Assembly: GCA_963806905.1 (NCBI GenBank) | Contig: CAWEAA010000008.1 | Span: 392,447 to 456,446, forward strand | Length of the DNA: 64,000 nucleotides | Direction of reading: 5' to 3' | From: an uncultured Verrucomicrobiae bacterium | Lineage (GTDB): Bacteria > Verrucomicrobiota > Verrucomicrobiia > Limisphaerales > UBA11358 | In this document: positions 44,277 to 53,218 of the stretch, in pieces | How positions within the stretch are numbered: the stretch's first letter is position 1 | How the letters are laid out: each line of letters begins with the position of its first letter | Made by a program: the position numbers and the translations under genes | The notes under the pieces: generated by a model | Database searches by the model: none | What the model was told of the DNA's origin: nothing | Seen by the model: the letters and a program-made list of their open reading frames with translations, nothing else

Positions 44277-44330
44277 TTGGAGTCCAAGCTTTAGCTTGTC
44301 GCCGGCTGCAAGCTGAAGCTTGAACTCCAA
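44277..44330. terminator. long imperfect palindrome between convergent genes (putative bidirectional terminator / repeat)
   Basis: TTGGAGTCCAAGCTTTAGCTTG - TCGCCGGCT - GCAAGCTGAAGCTTGAACTCCAA: roughly 20-bp arms with a few mismatches and no U-tract. Confidence 0.5.
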
Positions 44331-44334
44331 CCTG

Positions 44335-45342
44335 TCACAATTTCGCCCCACCGGCTTGAGCTGCGGCTTCGATCTTCGTTCCCGCCAGATGGCACGCGGC
44401 AAATTGGCCTGTTTTGACCTCCCGCAATGCCGGCACTTCCGTTTTGCATCGCGCTTCGGCAATCGGACAGCGCGGATGGAAAGGGCAGCCGGACGGCGGA
44501 TGAATCGGTGACGGCACGTCGCCCGGCAGGACAATCCGCCGCCGCTTCGTTTCCGGATCCACTTCCGGCACGGCGGAAATCAGCGCCTGCGTGTAGGGAT
44601 GCTGCGGCTCGCGGATCAAGGTTCTTGCATCCGCCGTTTCCACAATTTTGCCGAGGTACATCACCATCACGCGGTGGCTGATATGTTCCACGACGGCCAG
44701 GTCGTGAGCGATGAAGAGATAAGCGATGCCGCGTTGCTGCTGCAAATCCTGGAGCAAATTAATGATCTGCGCCTGAACCGAAACGTCCAGCGCGCTCACC
44801 GGTTCGTCGCAGATAATCAGTTCCGGCTCGACTGCCAGCGCGCGGGCGATGCCGATGCGCTGGCGTTGCCCGCCGCTGAATTCATGCGGATACCGCTGCG
44901 CGTGAATCGGGTCGAGGCCGACCCCGGCCAGCAGTTCGGCGATGCGTTTTTGCCGCGCCAGTTTGCTGCCGGTCAGTTTGTGAATGTCGAGCGCCTCGCC
45001 GACAATTTGCTCGACGGTCATGCGCGGATTGAGCGAGCCGTAGGGGTCCTGGAAAATCATCTGGAACTTGCGCCGCCGCGCGCGCAACACCGAACCACTC
45101 ATCCGCGTGATGTCCTCGCCGCTGAGCAGAACGCTGCCTGCAGTCGGCTCGACCAGCCGCACGATGGCGCGGGCGAGCGTCGTCTTGCCGCAACCGCTCT
45201 CGCCCACCAGTCCCAGCGTTTCCCCCGGCTCGACGCTGAAGCTCACGTCGTCCACCGCCTTCACAAATTCGCGGACACGGCTGAACAGCCCGTGCTTTAC
45301 CGGGAAATGCACCTTCACATTTTTGACTTCGAGCAAGGGCAT
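44335..45342 (-). CDS. oligopeptide/dipeptide-type ABC transporter ATP-binding protein (OppF/DppF-like)
   Basis: 335 aa; Walker [10 protein letters not shown], signature SGGQRQR, Walker [14 protein letters not shown]-terminal Opp-type extension. Confidence 0.85.
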   Translation of the reverse strand: MPLLEVKNVKVHFPVKHGLFSRVREFVKAVDDVSFSVEPGETLGLVGESGCGKTTLARAIVRLVEPTAGSVLLSGEDITRMSGSVLRARRRKFQMIFQDPYGSLNPRMTVEQIVGEALDIHKLTGSKLARQKRIAELLAGVGLDPIHAQRYPHEFSGGQRQRIGIARALAVEPELIICDEPVSALDVSVQAQIINLLQDLQQQRGIAYLFIAHDLAVVEHISHRVMVMYLGKIVETADARTLIREPQHPYTQALISAVPEVDPETKRRRIVLPGDVPSPIHPPSGCPFHPRCPIAEARCKTEVPALREVKTGQFAACHLAGTKIEAAAQAGGAKL

Positions 45343-45594
45343 AAAACGCGTCCGTCAAGATTTGCCGTATTCTCCGCGTGTGCCAATCCAAATCCGGACA
45401 AAAGTGCCGGATGGGGCGCAACTCGACACTGCCACCGGAACGCCGGCCTCCGGCCCGGCGGTTGTTGCGATTGTCTCAAAAGGCGCCGGATCGGAGATCG
45501 GCGCTCCGCCATTGTCATCAAAGTCGGGAGCCGTGTCCGGACATGGCGTGTCATTTCACTTTTCCGGCTGCGTCCTTTCGCCTAACTTGCCGCC

Positions 45595-46281
45595 ATGTTC
45601 GAACCAGCCGACTTGTTTGACCTCAACCAGACCGGGCACGCCGCGATTTTTGCCGACTGCAAATTCGCCTGGGACGCCCTCAAGAAAATCGAAGGTTACC
45701 TCGCTGCGAATCTCAAACCCGCGCTTCACAACACGTGCGATGGGCGCGCGTTTATCGGTGAACAGGTTTTCATCGGCGAAGGTACGGTGGTCGAAGACGG
45801 CGTGATGATCAAAGGCCCGGCCATCATCGGCAAAAACTGCCGGATTCGCCACAACGCCTATCTTCGCGAAAACGTCATCATTGGCGACGATTGCGTCGTC
45901 GGCAACTCGACCGAAATCAAAAACTCGCTGCTGTTCAATTATGCCATCACACCGCACTACAATTACGTGGGCGACTCGATTCTCGGCCACAAAGTGCATC
46001 TCGGCGCGGGCGTGAAGATTTCCAACTTCAAGATGTTCCCCGGCAACATCGAGGTGGAGAAGGACGGCGTGCCGTTTGACACCGGCCTGCGGAAGTTCGG
46101 CGCGCTGCTCGGTGACGGCGTGGAAATCGGCTGCAACGCCGTGTTGAACCCCGGCAGCATCGTCGGGCGCGGTGCGGTGATTTACCCGAACGTTTTCTGG
46201 CGCGGCATCCTGCCCGCAAACATGATCGCGAAAAACAAGGCGGGAATTGATGTCGTGGTCAAACGGCCGAGGGAAAGTTAA
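45595..46281 (+). CDS. left-handed beta-helix (hexapeptide-repeat) protein, GlmU C-terminal-like
   Basis: 228 aa; repeated [LIV]G-x4 hexapeptides (IGEGTVVEDGVMIKGPAIIGKNCRIRHNAYL...IGDDCVVGNSTEI). Confidence 0.7.
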   Translation: MFEPADLFDLNQTGHAAIFADCKFAWDALKKIEGYLAANLKPALHNTCDGRAFIGEQVFIGEGTVVEDGVMIKGPAIIGKNCRIRHNAYLRENVIIGDDCVVGNSTEIKNSLLFNYAITPHYNYVGDSILGHKVHLGAGVKISNFKMFPGNIEVEKDGVPFDTGLRKFGALLGDGVEIGCNAVLNPGSIVGRGAVIYPNVFWRGILPANMIAKNKAGIDVVVKRPRES

Positions 46282-46283
46282 AC

Positions 46284-47273
46284 TTAGAACCGTCGAATTA
46301 ACTTTGCGGCAAAATCTTCCAGCGACTCCTCCGGCTGCAATTCGATCCATTCCAGATTTTTTTGGGCGCAGAACCACGTCAATTGCCGCTTGGCGAATTG
46401 CCGCGTGCGGATTTTCACCAGCTCGATGGTTTCCGCCAATGGCCGTTCGCCGCGCAGATGTTCCACCACCTGCCGGTAACCGATGGCTTGCATCGCCGTT
46501 TTGTTTTCGGCGAGGCCGCGCTTGAGCAGTTCACGCGTCTCCTCGACCAGACCGTGCGCGAACATGGCGTCCACCCGCATGTCAATCCGTTTGCGCAAAT
46601 CGTCAGGCGTTCGTGTGAAACAGAAAAAGTTTGCTTTGGTAGGGACGGTGCGCCGCGCCGTCCAGTCATCGCGGCGCGATGACCCTACCTCCAGCTCGCC
46701 GGGAGTCTCGCCCCACCCTGCACGCTGTTTGGAGAATGGTTTCCCGGTCAGGCGGATTACCTCAATCGCGCGGATAACGCGGCGCGGGTTTTTTTTATCA
46801 ATTTTTCTAAAGGTGGCCGGATCGCGTTCGCATAATTCTTCGAGCAGAGTTTCCAACGGCATGGCTTCGAGTTGAGCGCGGAGTTTCGCGTCGGCGGACG
46901 GTGCTTCACCCAGTCCTTCGAGAAACGCCTTGAAGTAAAGTCCGGTGCCGCCGCAAAGAATCGGCACGCGCCCGCGCGACTGGATTTCCGCGACGGCATG
47001 ATGCGCGAGCCGGGCGAATTGCGCGGCGTCAAAGGACTCGGTCAGGTCGCAGATGTCAATCAGGTGATGTGGCACGCGGGCGCGTTCGGCGGGCGACGGT
47101 TTGGCCGTGCCGATGTCGAGTCCGCGATACACCTGCATGGAATCGGCGGAAATGATTTCACCGCCGAGCTGTTCGGCGAGATGCAACGCGATTGGGGATT
47201 TGCCGACGGCGGTCGGGCCGGCAATTAAAATTGGGAGTTGGGAGTTCGGAGCCGGGAGATCGGATTTTGCCAT
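46284..47273 (-). CDS. miaA: tRNA dimethylallyltransferase
   Basis: P-loop IAGPTAVGKS and SADSMQVYRGLDIGTAKP. ATG 47273 (the ORF track uses TTG 47279). Contains a REP-like insertion. Confidence 0.9.
   Translation of the reverse strand: MAKSDLPAPNSQLPILIAGPTAVGKSPIALHLAEQLGGEIISADSMQVYRGLDIGTAKPSPAERARVPHHLIDICDLTESFDAAQFARLAHHAVAEIQSRGRVPILCGGTGLYFKAFLEGLGEAPSADAKLRAQLEAMPLETLLEELCERDPATFRKIDKKNPRRVIRAIEVIRLTGKPFSKQRAGWGETPGELEVGSSRRDDWTARRTVPTKANFFCFTRTPDDLRKRIDMRVDAMFAHGLVEETRELLKRGLAENKTAMQAIGYRQVVEHLRGERPLAETIELVKIRTRQFAKRQLTWFCAQKNLEWIELQPEESLEDFAAKLIRRF
46639..46688. repeat. REPIN-like doublet inside miaA
   Basis: GTAGGGACGGTGCGCCGCGCCGTCC AGTCATCGCGGCGCGATGACCCTAC: two hairpins bounded by GTAG/CTAC, translated (minus) as EVGSSRRDDWTARRTVPT. 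Confidence 0.75.
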
Positions 47274-47305
47274 TCTCAATCCTCCATTCTCTATTTTCGC
47301 TTCAC
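47232..47305. repeat. two blocks of heptad-periodic sequence across the miaA start and the miaA-lgt spacer
   Basis: TGGGAGT TGGGAGT TCGGAGC CGGGAGA TCGGATT ... CATTCTC AATCCTC CATTCTC TATTTTC GCTTCAC. Confidence 0.65.
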
Positions 47306-48064
47306 TTCAACGCGGCGCGAGAGGAGCGCGGCGAGGGCGAGACCGGCGATGAAAATGGGGATGCTGACCAGTTCGCCCGGCGTGAGGCCGTAGTGGATGT
47401 GGTCGGTCGGATAATCGCCGCGGAAACATTCCATGATGGTGCGGGTTACGGCGTAGCCGATTAAATAGGTGGCGAACACCTGCCCGTCGAATTTTTTGTG
47501 GCGAAACAGCCAGGCCAGAAAAAGGTAAAGGATGAAATTGTCCAGCGCGTCGTAAATTTGCGTCGGATGCACCGGCGCGCCATGAGTTATGTGGTCGGCG
47601 GGAAACCGTATCGCCCACGGCAGGCTGCACGCGCGGCCGTAGCAACAGCCGTTGAGCAGGCAGCCGATGCGGCCAAAGACGTTTCCCAGCGCGAGGCTCG
47701 GCGCGATCACGTCGGCGGTTTTCCACAGCGGCAGTTTCTTCCAACGGATGTAAATAATTCCGGCAATTGTCGCGCCGATGAGGCCGCCGTAATAGACGAG
47801 GCCGCCATGTTGAATCATGAAAATTTCCGAGAACGGCTGGTCGGCGAATTCATCCTTCCAATACGTCGTCACATAGACGAAGCGCGCACCGATGATGGAG
47901 CCGATCATCAGCCACAGGACGACATCGGCGATTTTTTCGCCGGGAATGTTTTCGCGACGAGCGCGGCGCGTGGCCGTCCAAAGCCCGGCGAGAAACGCCA
48001 GCGCAATCATCACGCCATACCAATGGATCGTGAAGGCGCCGAGTTGAAACGCAATCGGATGCAC
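47291..48064 (-). CDS. lgt: prolipoprotein diacylglyceryl transferase
   Basis: 257 aa, polytopic; FTIHWYGVMIALAFLAG and GRIGCLLNGCCYGR motifs. Confidence 0.9.
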   Translation of the reverse strand: MHPIAFQLGAFTIHWYGVMIALAFLAGLWTATRRARRENIPGEKIADVVLWLMIGSIIGARFVYVTTYWKDEFADQPFSEIFMIQHGGLVYYGGLIGATIAGIIYIRWKKLPLWKTADVIAPSLALGNVFGRIGCLLNGCCYGRACSLPWAIRFPADHITHGAPVHPTQIYDALDNFILYLFLAWLFRHKKFDGQVFATYLIGYAVTRTIMECFRGDYPTDHIHYGLTPGELVSIPIFIAGLALAALLSRRVEVKRK

Positions 48065-48114
48065 AGGGGAAGGCTAGAGCGGCGCGGCGGAAATGGGAAA
48101 TTGAAATTCGCCGT

Positions 48115-49113
48115 TCAATTGTGGTTGGTAACCACCGCGGGATGCGGATGTGGCGCCAGTTGCGGCGGCATCGGCGGTGGCGGCATTGGCGGCAATGGCG
48201 GCCATTTGGGTACGTTGGCAACCAGGTCGCGCCAGGTCTGGCGTTCTTCGGGGGACATTTGCGACCAGCGCTCGGCGTTCTTTAAAAATTCCCGCTTGTC
48301 CGACGGGCTCATGCCCGCGAATTCCGTGAACGCGTGGAGGCACTGGGCGCGTTGCGAGGGCGGCAGTTGGTTGAACGCCTGCAAGGTTTTCTCCATTTGC
48401 CGCCGCTCGATCGGAGACAAGGTGTCGAGCGTTTCCTGTTTTTTCGTCGGCGCGAGTTCAAAAAACTGGTTGAACCGGTCCGTGATCCTTTGGCGCTGAT
48501 TTTCGGAAAGCGCGTTCCAGCGCGCCAGATCGGAATCGGGCGGAGTGCGTTCCCAGCCGCCTCCCGGCGCGGGCGGACCGTTGGTGGAATCCACATGCGT
48601 GAAGTAGCGCAGCGTGCGTTCGTTTTCGAGGAATTCCTGCTGCAACGGCGGCGGTAAAATGTCCCATTGCGCAAGGCGCGCTTTGACCAGGTCGCGCAAA
48701 GTGTCCGGGACCGCCGCGAGCCGGTTGGCGCGGTTGGTCGGTGATTCATGCAACAGCGGCGGCAAATACCAGCGCAATTCCGTGGCGCGCAGCCGCATTT
48801 CGCGCTCGTTGGGGTCAAGCGCCTGATATTCGTGGATTTTGGCGAGGAGACGGCTGCGAATTTCCGGCGGGCGGTTGGTCAGGTAATTTTCCTGTTCAGC
48901 CGGCGTCATGGCCAGCAACTCGCGGAAAAATTCCACCGGCGGCTTCACCGGCAACACGGGTGGCATCGGCGACACCATGTTCGTTGGCGCAAAAGGCAAC
49001 CGGCGCGGGGCCGGAAGATTTGTCACGGATGCGGCGAAGAGCGGAAGCATGGCGATTTGACCAACCGCAAGAACGACGACGGTCCGCCAACGCACCTGCC
49101 GCAAACAATTCAT
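48115..49113 (-). CDS. secreted helical-repeat protein (DUF3106-like)
   Basis: 332 aa with a signal peptide. Recurrent motif around W..L(S)...(Q/E)R (LARWNALSENQRQRI, AERWSQMSPEERQTW). The start overlaps the upstream stop (ATGA). Confidence 0.5.
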   Translation of the reverse strand: MNCLRQVRWRTVVVLAVGQIAMLPLFAASVTNLPAPRRLPFAPTNMVSPMPPVLPVKPPVEFFRELLAMTPAEQENYLTNRPPEIRSRLLAKIHEYQALDPNEREMRLRATELRWYLPPLLHESPTNRANRLAAVPDTLRDLVKARLAQWDILPPPLQQEFLENERTLRYFTHVDSTNGPPAPGGGWERTPPDSDLARWNALSENQRQRITDRFNQFFELAPTKKQETLDTLSPIERRQMEKTLQAFNQLPPSQRAQCLHAFTEFAGMSPSDKREFLKNAERWSQMSPEERQTWRDLVANVPKWPPLPPMPPPPMPPQLAPHPHPAVVTNHN

Positions 49114-49592
49114 TGGAGCAATGCCAGCAATTCGTCGTCCGCGCGCGGAGTCGCCTGGCTCATGCGCTGGATCGCGTCAAAATTTTTCAATGCCTCAACG
49201 CTCGGCATCGGCTGTGCCTGGGCCAGGAGCGCGATGTCCTTGGCGAGTTCGGCGCGTTTGTCGAGTTCGTGGTGCTGATAAGTCAGACCGGCAAAGCCAA
49301 TGACTGCCACCGCCACCGCGACCCGGGGCACGAGGACGCGCCAGTACCATGACACACTTCGCGTTTGCGCGCCGCGCACCTCTTCGCGTTCAATGGCCTG
49401 AAGCACGCGGGCGGTGAAGTTGGACGGCATGGGTGCATCCGGCACACGGGCGAGCGCTTCGCTCAGGCGCGATTCAAGTTCCAGGTCAGCCTGCGCCTCC
49501 GGTTGCGCGCGCAACCGGGCTTTTTCAACGTCGGTCAATTTTCGACGCCAGGCCAGTTCGCGTAATTGGTTTGGCAGGGGCTCGTTTTTCAT
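49110..49592 (-). CDS. single-pass membrane protein, anti-sigma-factor-like (hypothetical)
   Basis: ATG 49592 within ORF 49110-50717, whose remainder is antisense to hemE. 160 aa with a central TM VLVPRVAVAVAVIGFAGL. Confidence 0.5.
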   Translation of the reverse strand: MKNEPLPNQLRELAWRRKLTDVEKARLRAQPEAQADLELESRLSEALARVPDAPMPSNFTARVLQAIEREEVRGAQTRSVSWYWRVLVPRVAVAVAVIGFAGLTYQHHELDKRAELAKDIALLAQAQPMPSVEALKNFDAIQRMSQATPRADDELLALLQ

Positions 49593-49697
49593 CGTGTCCT
49601 TTGAATTAAAAACCGCCGCTGGGTCAAAGTTGCGCCGGAAAATTTCAAAACCGCGTCTGTTCAAAACCCGCGGGATGTGATAGAAAACGGGGTCGAA

Positions 49698-50786
49698 ATG
49701 CGAACGACCGCTGCTACTGCCGGATCGCCCGGGCCCGCCGCCACTGTGCCGACCAGCCGGCGGCGTTTCCTCAATGCCTGTGCGTGCCAGCCCGTGGATC
49801 ATCCGCCCGTCTGGCTCATGCGCCAGGCCGGGCGCGCGCTGCCGGAATACCGTGCGCTCCGGCAGAAACATTCCTTTCTCGAACTGGTGCAAACGCCCGA
49901 GCTCGCTGCCGAAGTGACGCGCCAGCCCATCCGGCGGTTCGGTTTCGACGCGGCGATTTTGTTCAGCGACATTCTCGTTACCGCCGAAGGGTTGGGGCAA
50001 AAATATCGTTTCGACGAAAACCACGGCATTCAAATGGACTTTGCGCTGCGTTCGGCGGCGGACTTCGCGCGGCTCGACCTCAAGGCGCTGCCCGAACGCC
50101 TGCAATATCTCCCGCGCGCGTTGCGGCTCGTCAAGGCCGCGCTCGGGGACCAGACCGCGCTCATCGGTTTTGCCGGGTCGCCGTGGACGCTGGCGACGTT
50201 CATGGCTGAAGGTGGCGGGGCCGAACATTACACCCGCGCGCTGGCGCTGTTTCGCAAGGACCGCAAAGCCTACTTCGAACTGGCCGAAAAGCTCACGGCT
50301 GCCGTCATCGCCCACCTGCAAATGCAAATCAAGGCGGGCGTGGACGCGGTCCAAATTTTTGACAGCCACGGCGGGCTGCTGGCGCCGACGGAATTTCAGG
50401 AAGCTTCTGGCCGGTGGCTCAAGGAAATCATTTCCACGCTTCATGCCTCGCATCCGGCGTTTACCGTCATTGTTTTCTCCCTCGGCACGCACGGCAACTG
50501 GGACGACCTCCTGGCCACGGGCGCGAATGTGCTGGGCATTGACTGGCGGTTTCCGCTGGCGGACGCGCGCCGGTTGCTGCCCGGCGACATCGGTCTTCAA
50601 GGCAATCTCGCCCCCGCGCTGCTCAGCGACGCCACGCCGGAGGCTGTCAGCGCCGAAACGGCGCGTCTGCTTGAAGCCATGCGCGGGCGCAATGGTTATA
50701 TTTTCAACCTCGGCCACGGTGTGCCGCCCGGGGCCAAACTGGACAACATCGCCGCACTGGTCGAAACTGTTCGTGGTTTTAAATGA
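49698..50786 (+). CDS. hemE: uroporphyrinogen decarboxylase
   Basis: PVWLMRQAGRALPEYR signature. ATG 49698 (the ORF track uses GTG 49677). Confidence 0.9.
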   Translation: MRTTAATAGSPGPAATVPTSRRRFLNACACQPVDHPPVWLMRQAGRALPEYRALRQKHSFLELVQTPELAAEVTRQPIRRFGFDAAILFSDILVTAEGLGQKYRFDENHGIQMDFALRSAADFARLDLKALPERLQYLPRALRLVKAALGDQTALIGFAGSPWTLATFMAEGGGAEHYTRALALFRKDRKAYFELAEKLTAAVIAHLQMQIKAGVDAVQIFDSHGGLLAPTEFQEASGRWLKEIISTLHASHPAFTVIVFSLGTHGNWDDLLATGANVLGIDWRFPLADARRLLPGDIGLQGNLAPALLSDATPEAVSAETARLLEAMRGRNGYIFNLGHGVPPGAKLDNIAALVETVRGFK

Positions 50787-52159
50787 GCACGCTCAAAGTC
50801 GATCTCGATCTGGTGCAGAAATACAACGTGGCCGGGCCGCGTTACACGTCGTATCCGCCCGCGACGAAATTTACCGACGCGATTTCGTGGGACGACCTCG
50901 CCGCGAAGATTGACGGGAACAACCGCACCGCGCGCGACCTCTCGATTTATTTTCACATCCCGTTTTGCGAGACGCTCTGCTGGTTCTGCGGTTGCACGAC
51001 CGTCATCACGCTCAATCACGACAAGGGTAGGGATTACATTGACTATCTCGGGCGCGAAGTTGCGCGGCTCGCGCCGCATTTGAACCAACAGCGCAAGGTC
51101 GTCCAACTCCATTTTGGCGGTGGCTCACCGACGTTTCTTCGCCCGGATGAAATCCGCCGGCTCGGTGAAATCATCCACAAACATTTCACGTTCTCGCCGG
51201 ACATCGAGGCGGGCGTGGAGGTGGACCCGCGCCGGCTCACGCGCGACCACCTGGTGGCGTTGCGCGAAATCGGCTTCAACCGCGCCTCGATGGGCGTGCA
51301 GGATTTCAACCCGAAAGTGCAGGAGGCGATCCATCGCATCCAGCCCCGCGCGATGACGCAGCAGGCGATGGATTGGATGCGCGAACTCGGCTTCGGCTCA
51401 ATCAACCTCGACCTCATCTACGGCCTGCCGCACCAGACACCGGAATCGTTTGATGAAACGCTCAACACCGTGCTGGAAATGAAGCCGGACCGATTGGCGG
51501 TTTTCAGTTACGCGCATGTGCCGTGGATCAAGCCGTCCCAGAAGATTCTGGAGCAGAAAATCCTGCCTGCGCCCGAAACCAAGCTGCAAGTGCTCAAACT
51601 CGTCATTGAAAAACTCACGGCGAACGGCCAGTACGTCTATATCGGCATGGACCATTTTGCGAAGCCGGACGATGAGCTGGCCGTGGCGCAGAAAAAGAAG
51701 CAACTGCAGCGGAACTTTCAGGGTTACAGCACGCGCGCCGGGGCCGACATTTATGCGTTTGGCATGTCGAGCATCTCACAGATACCCGACGCCTACTGGC
51801 AGAACGAAAAGGAACTGCCGAAATGGCAGAAAGCCGTGGATGTCGGCCGTGTGCCGCTACAGCGCGCGTATTTCGTGACCGACGAGGACAAAATCCGCCG
51901 CGAAACCATCATGCGCGTGATGTGCGATCTCTCGCTCGACTACGCCGCGATGTCGCAGCGGCTCGGCATCAATTTCGCACAACATTTCGCCAAGGAACTC
52001 GCCGCGCTCGTGTCATTTGAAGCCGACGGGCTAGTAAAGCGCACGCCAACCGGTCTCGAAGTGACGGACACTGGCCGTTTGTTCATTCGCAACATCGCGA
52101 TGTGCTTCGACAACACCCTCGCGCCGGCGGGCGAACGGAAACATTCGCGGACGATTTGA
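50783..52159 (+). CDS. hemN: oxygen-independent coproporphyrinogen III oxidase (radical SAM)
   Basis: 458 aa; CxxxCxxC cluster CETLCWFCGC, HFGGGSPTF. ATGA overlap with hemE. Confidence 0.9.
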   Translation: MSTLKVDLDLVQKYNVAGPRYTSYPPATKFTDAISWDDLAAKIDGNNRTARDLSIYFHIPFCETLCWFCGCTTVITLNHDKGRDYIDYLGREVARLAPHLNQQRKVVQLHFGGGSPTFLRPDEIRRLGEIIHKHFTFSPDIEAGVEVDPRRLTRDHLVALREIGFNRASMGVQDFNPKVQEAIHRIQPRAMTQQAMDWMRELGFGSINLDLIYGLPHQTPESFDETLNTVLEMKPDRLAVFSYAHVPWIKPSQKILEQKILPAPETKLQVLKLVIEKLTANGQYVYIGMDHFAKPDDELAVAQKKKQLQRNFQGYSTRAGADIYAFGMSSISQIPDAYWQNEKELPKWQKAVDVGRVPLQRAYFVTDEDKIRRETIMRVMCDLSLDYAAMSQRLGINFAQHFAKELAALVSFEADGLVKRTPTGLEVTDTGRLFIRNIAMCFDNTLAPAGERKHSRTI

Positions 52160-52207
52160 AGGGAATTCTTCGCTGGAAAATTCAAGGGGATAATCTAGTC
52201 TCAGTGC

Positions 52208-53218
52208 GTGGCGATTTCCATGTTCAACGACGATTTTGTTTTTGCGGTTACCAACGCAGTTCTTCGCGTTAAAAACATGGGTTTAGTGCGGCGTTATCGG
52301 CGGACAATTGGTTGCCGGCCCGACATTGCCAATCCGCAACGCTATTCCGAGCGGATGCTTTGGCGAAAGATCGTTGATCACAATCCGCAGTTCGTCCTTC
52401 TTGCGGACAAGCTGGCCGCCAAGGCTTTTTTAAAAAGCCGCTGCCCGGATCTTCCCGTTCCGCGAACCCTCTGGATTGGCCGCGATGCCAATGCGATTCC
52501 GGATGAATTGCTGCGCGGCGATGTTTTTGTAAAAGCGAATCACGGCTGCAATTTCAACCATCGCATTCGCAGGGGCCAATGCGACCGGGGTGCGCTTCGG
52601 GCGAAGACCGAGCGATGGCTCAGTTCTGTCTATGGGCGGAAAGGTGGAGAATGGGCCTACTCCAGGGTCGAGCCCAGGCTGTTCGTTGAGGAGGCGGTCG
52701 GCGATGCTGAAGCCGGCCTGATCGAAATCAATGTGCGGGCTGGCAATGGAAAGGCGATCTTGAGTTCCGTGATGGGTCAGTGCAAAACACCCAACCAGTG
52801 GTCGGTCTATCTTGATCCCGAGGGAGTACCGGCCTTGGGAATGCGTGATCCAGAAGGGAGCCTGATCAGCCCGCTGCCGAAAGGCCTTGCGTTGATGGAG
52901 CCCTATCACCGAGCCGTGCAGTTCGCCCAAAAACTTAGTGTCGGAGTGGACTATGCCCGGTTCGATTTTCTGTGGAATGGCACCGAACTGTTCGGAGGGG
53001 AAATCACGGTATATCCGGCCGGCGGATTTTTAGATCCCGCCAATTCCTCGGTCAATGCTGTAATCATGACTGGCTGGGATTTAAGGCAATCACACCTTCT
53101 GAAATCGCACCACACAGGATGGATGCGAATCTATGCAGACGCACTCAGCCGCCGATTAAAAGAACCCGTTCCCGTTCCGGTGCGCCGGATTCGGCACGAA
53201 GTCTGCCCTTCGCCATGA
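52208..53218 (+). CDS. TupA-like ATP-grasp family protein
   Basis: 336 aa; NPQRYSERMLWRKIVDHNPQFVLLADKLAAKAFL and VFVKANHGC resemble the TupA-like ATP-grasp (amidoligase) family. Alternative ATG at 52220. Confidence 0.6.
   Translation: MAISMFNDDFVFAVTNAVLRVKNMGLVRRYRRTIGCRPDIANPQRYSERMLWRKIVDHNPQFVLLADKLAAKAFLKSRCPDLPVPRTLWIGRDANAIPDELLRGDVFVKANHGCNFNHRIRRGQCDRGALRAKTERWLSSVYGRKGGEWAYSRVEPRLFVEEAVGDAEAGLIEINVRAGNGKAILSSVMGQCKTPNQWSVYLDPEGVPALGMRDPEGSLISPLPKGLALMEPYHRAVQFAQKLSVGVDYARFDFLWNGTELFGGEITVYPAGGFLDPANSSVNAVIMTGWDLRQSHLLKSHHTGWMRIYADALSRRLKEPVPVPVRRIRHEVCPSP

Noticed and set aside
44335-45342. Orphan OppF-like ATPase without permease or binding-protein genes as part of a novel system
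   Set aside because: Stand-alone ABC ATPase genes are common. Nothing in the flanks (a hypothetical membrane protein, a beta-helix protein) supports a functional link.
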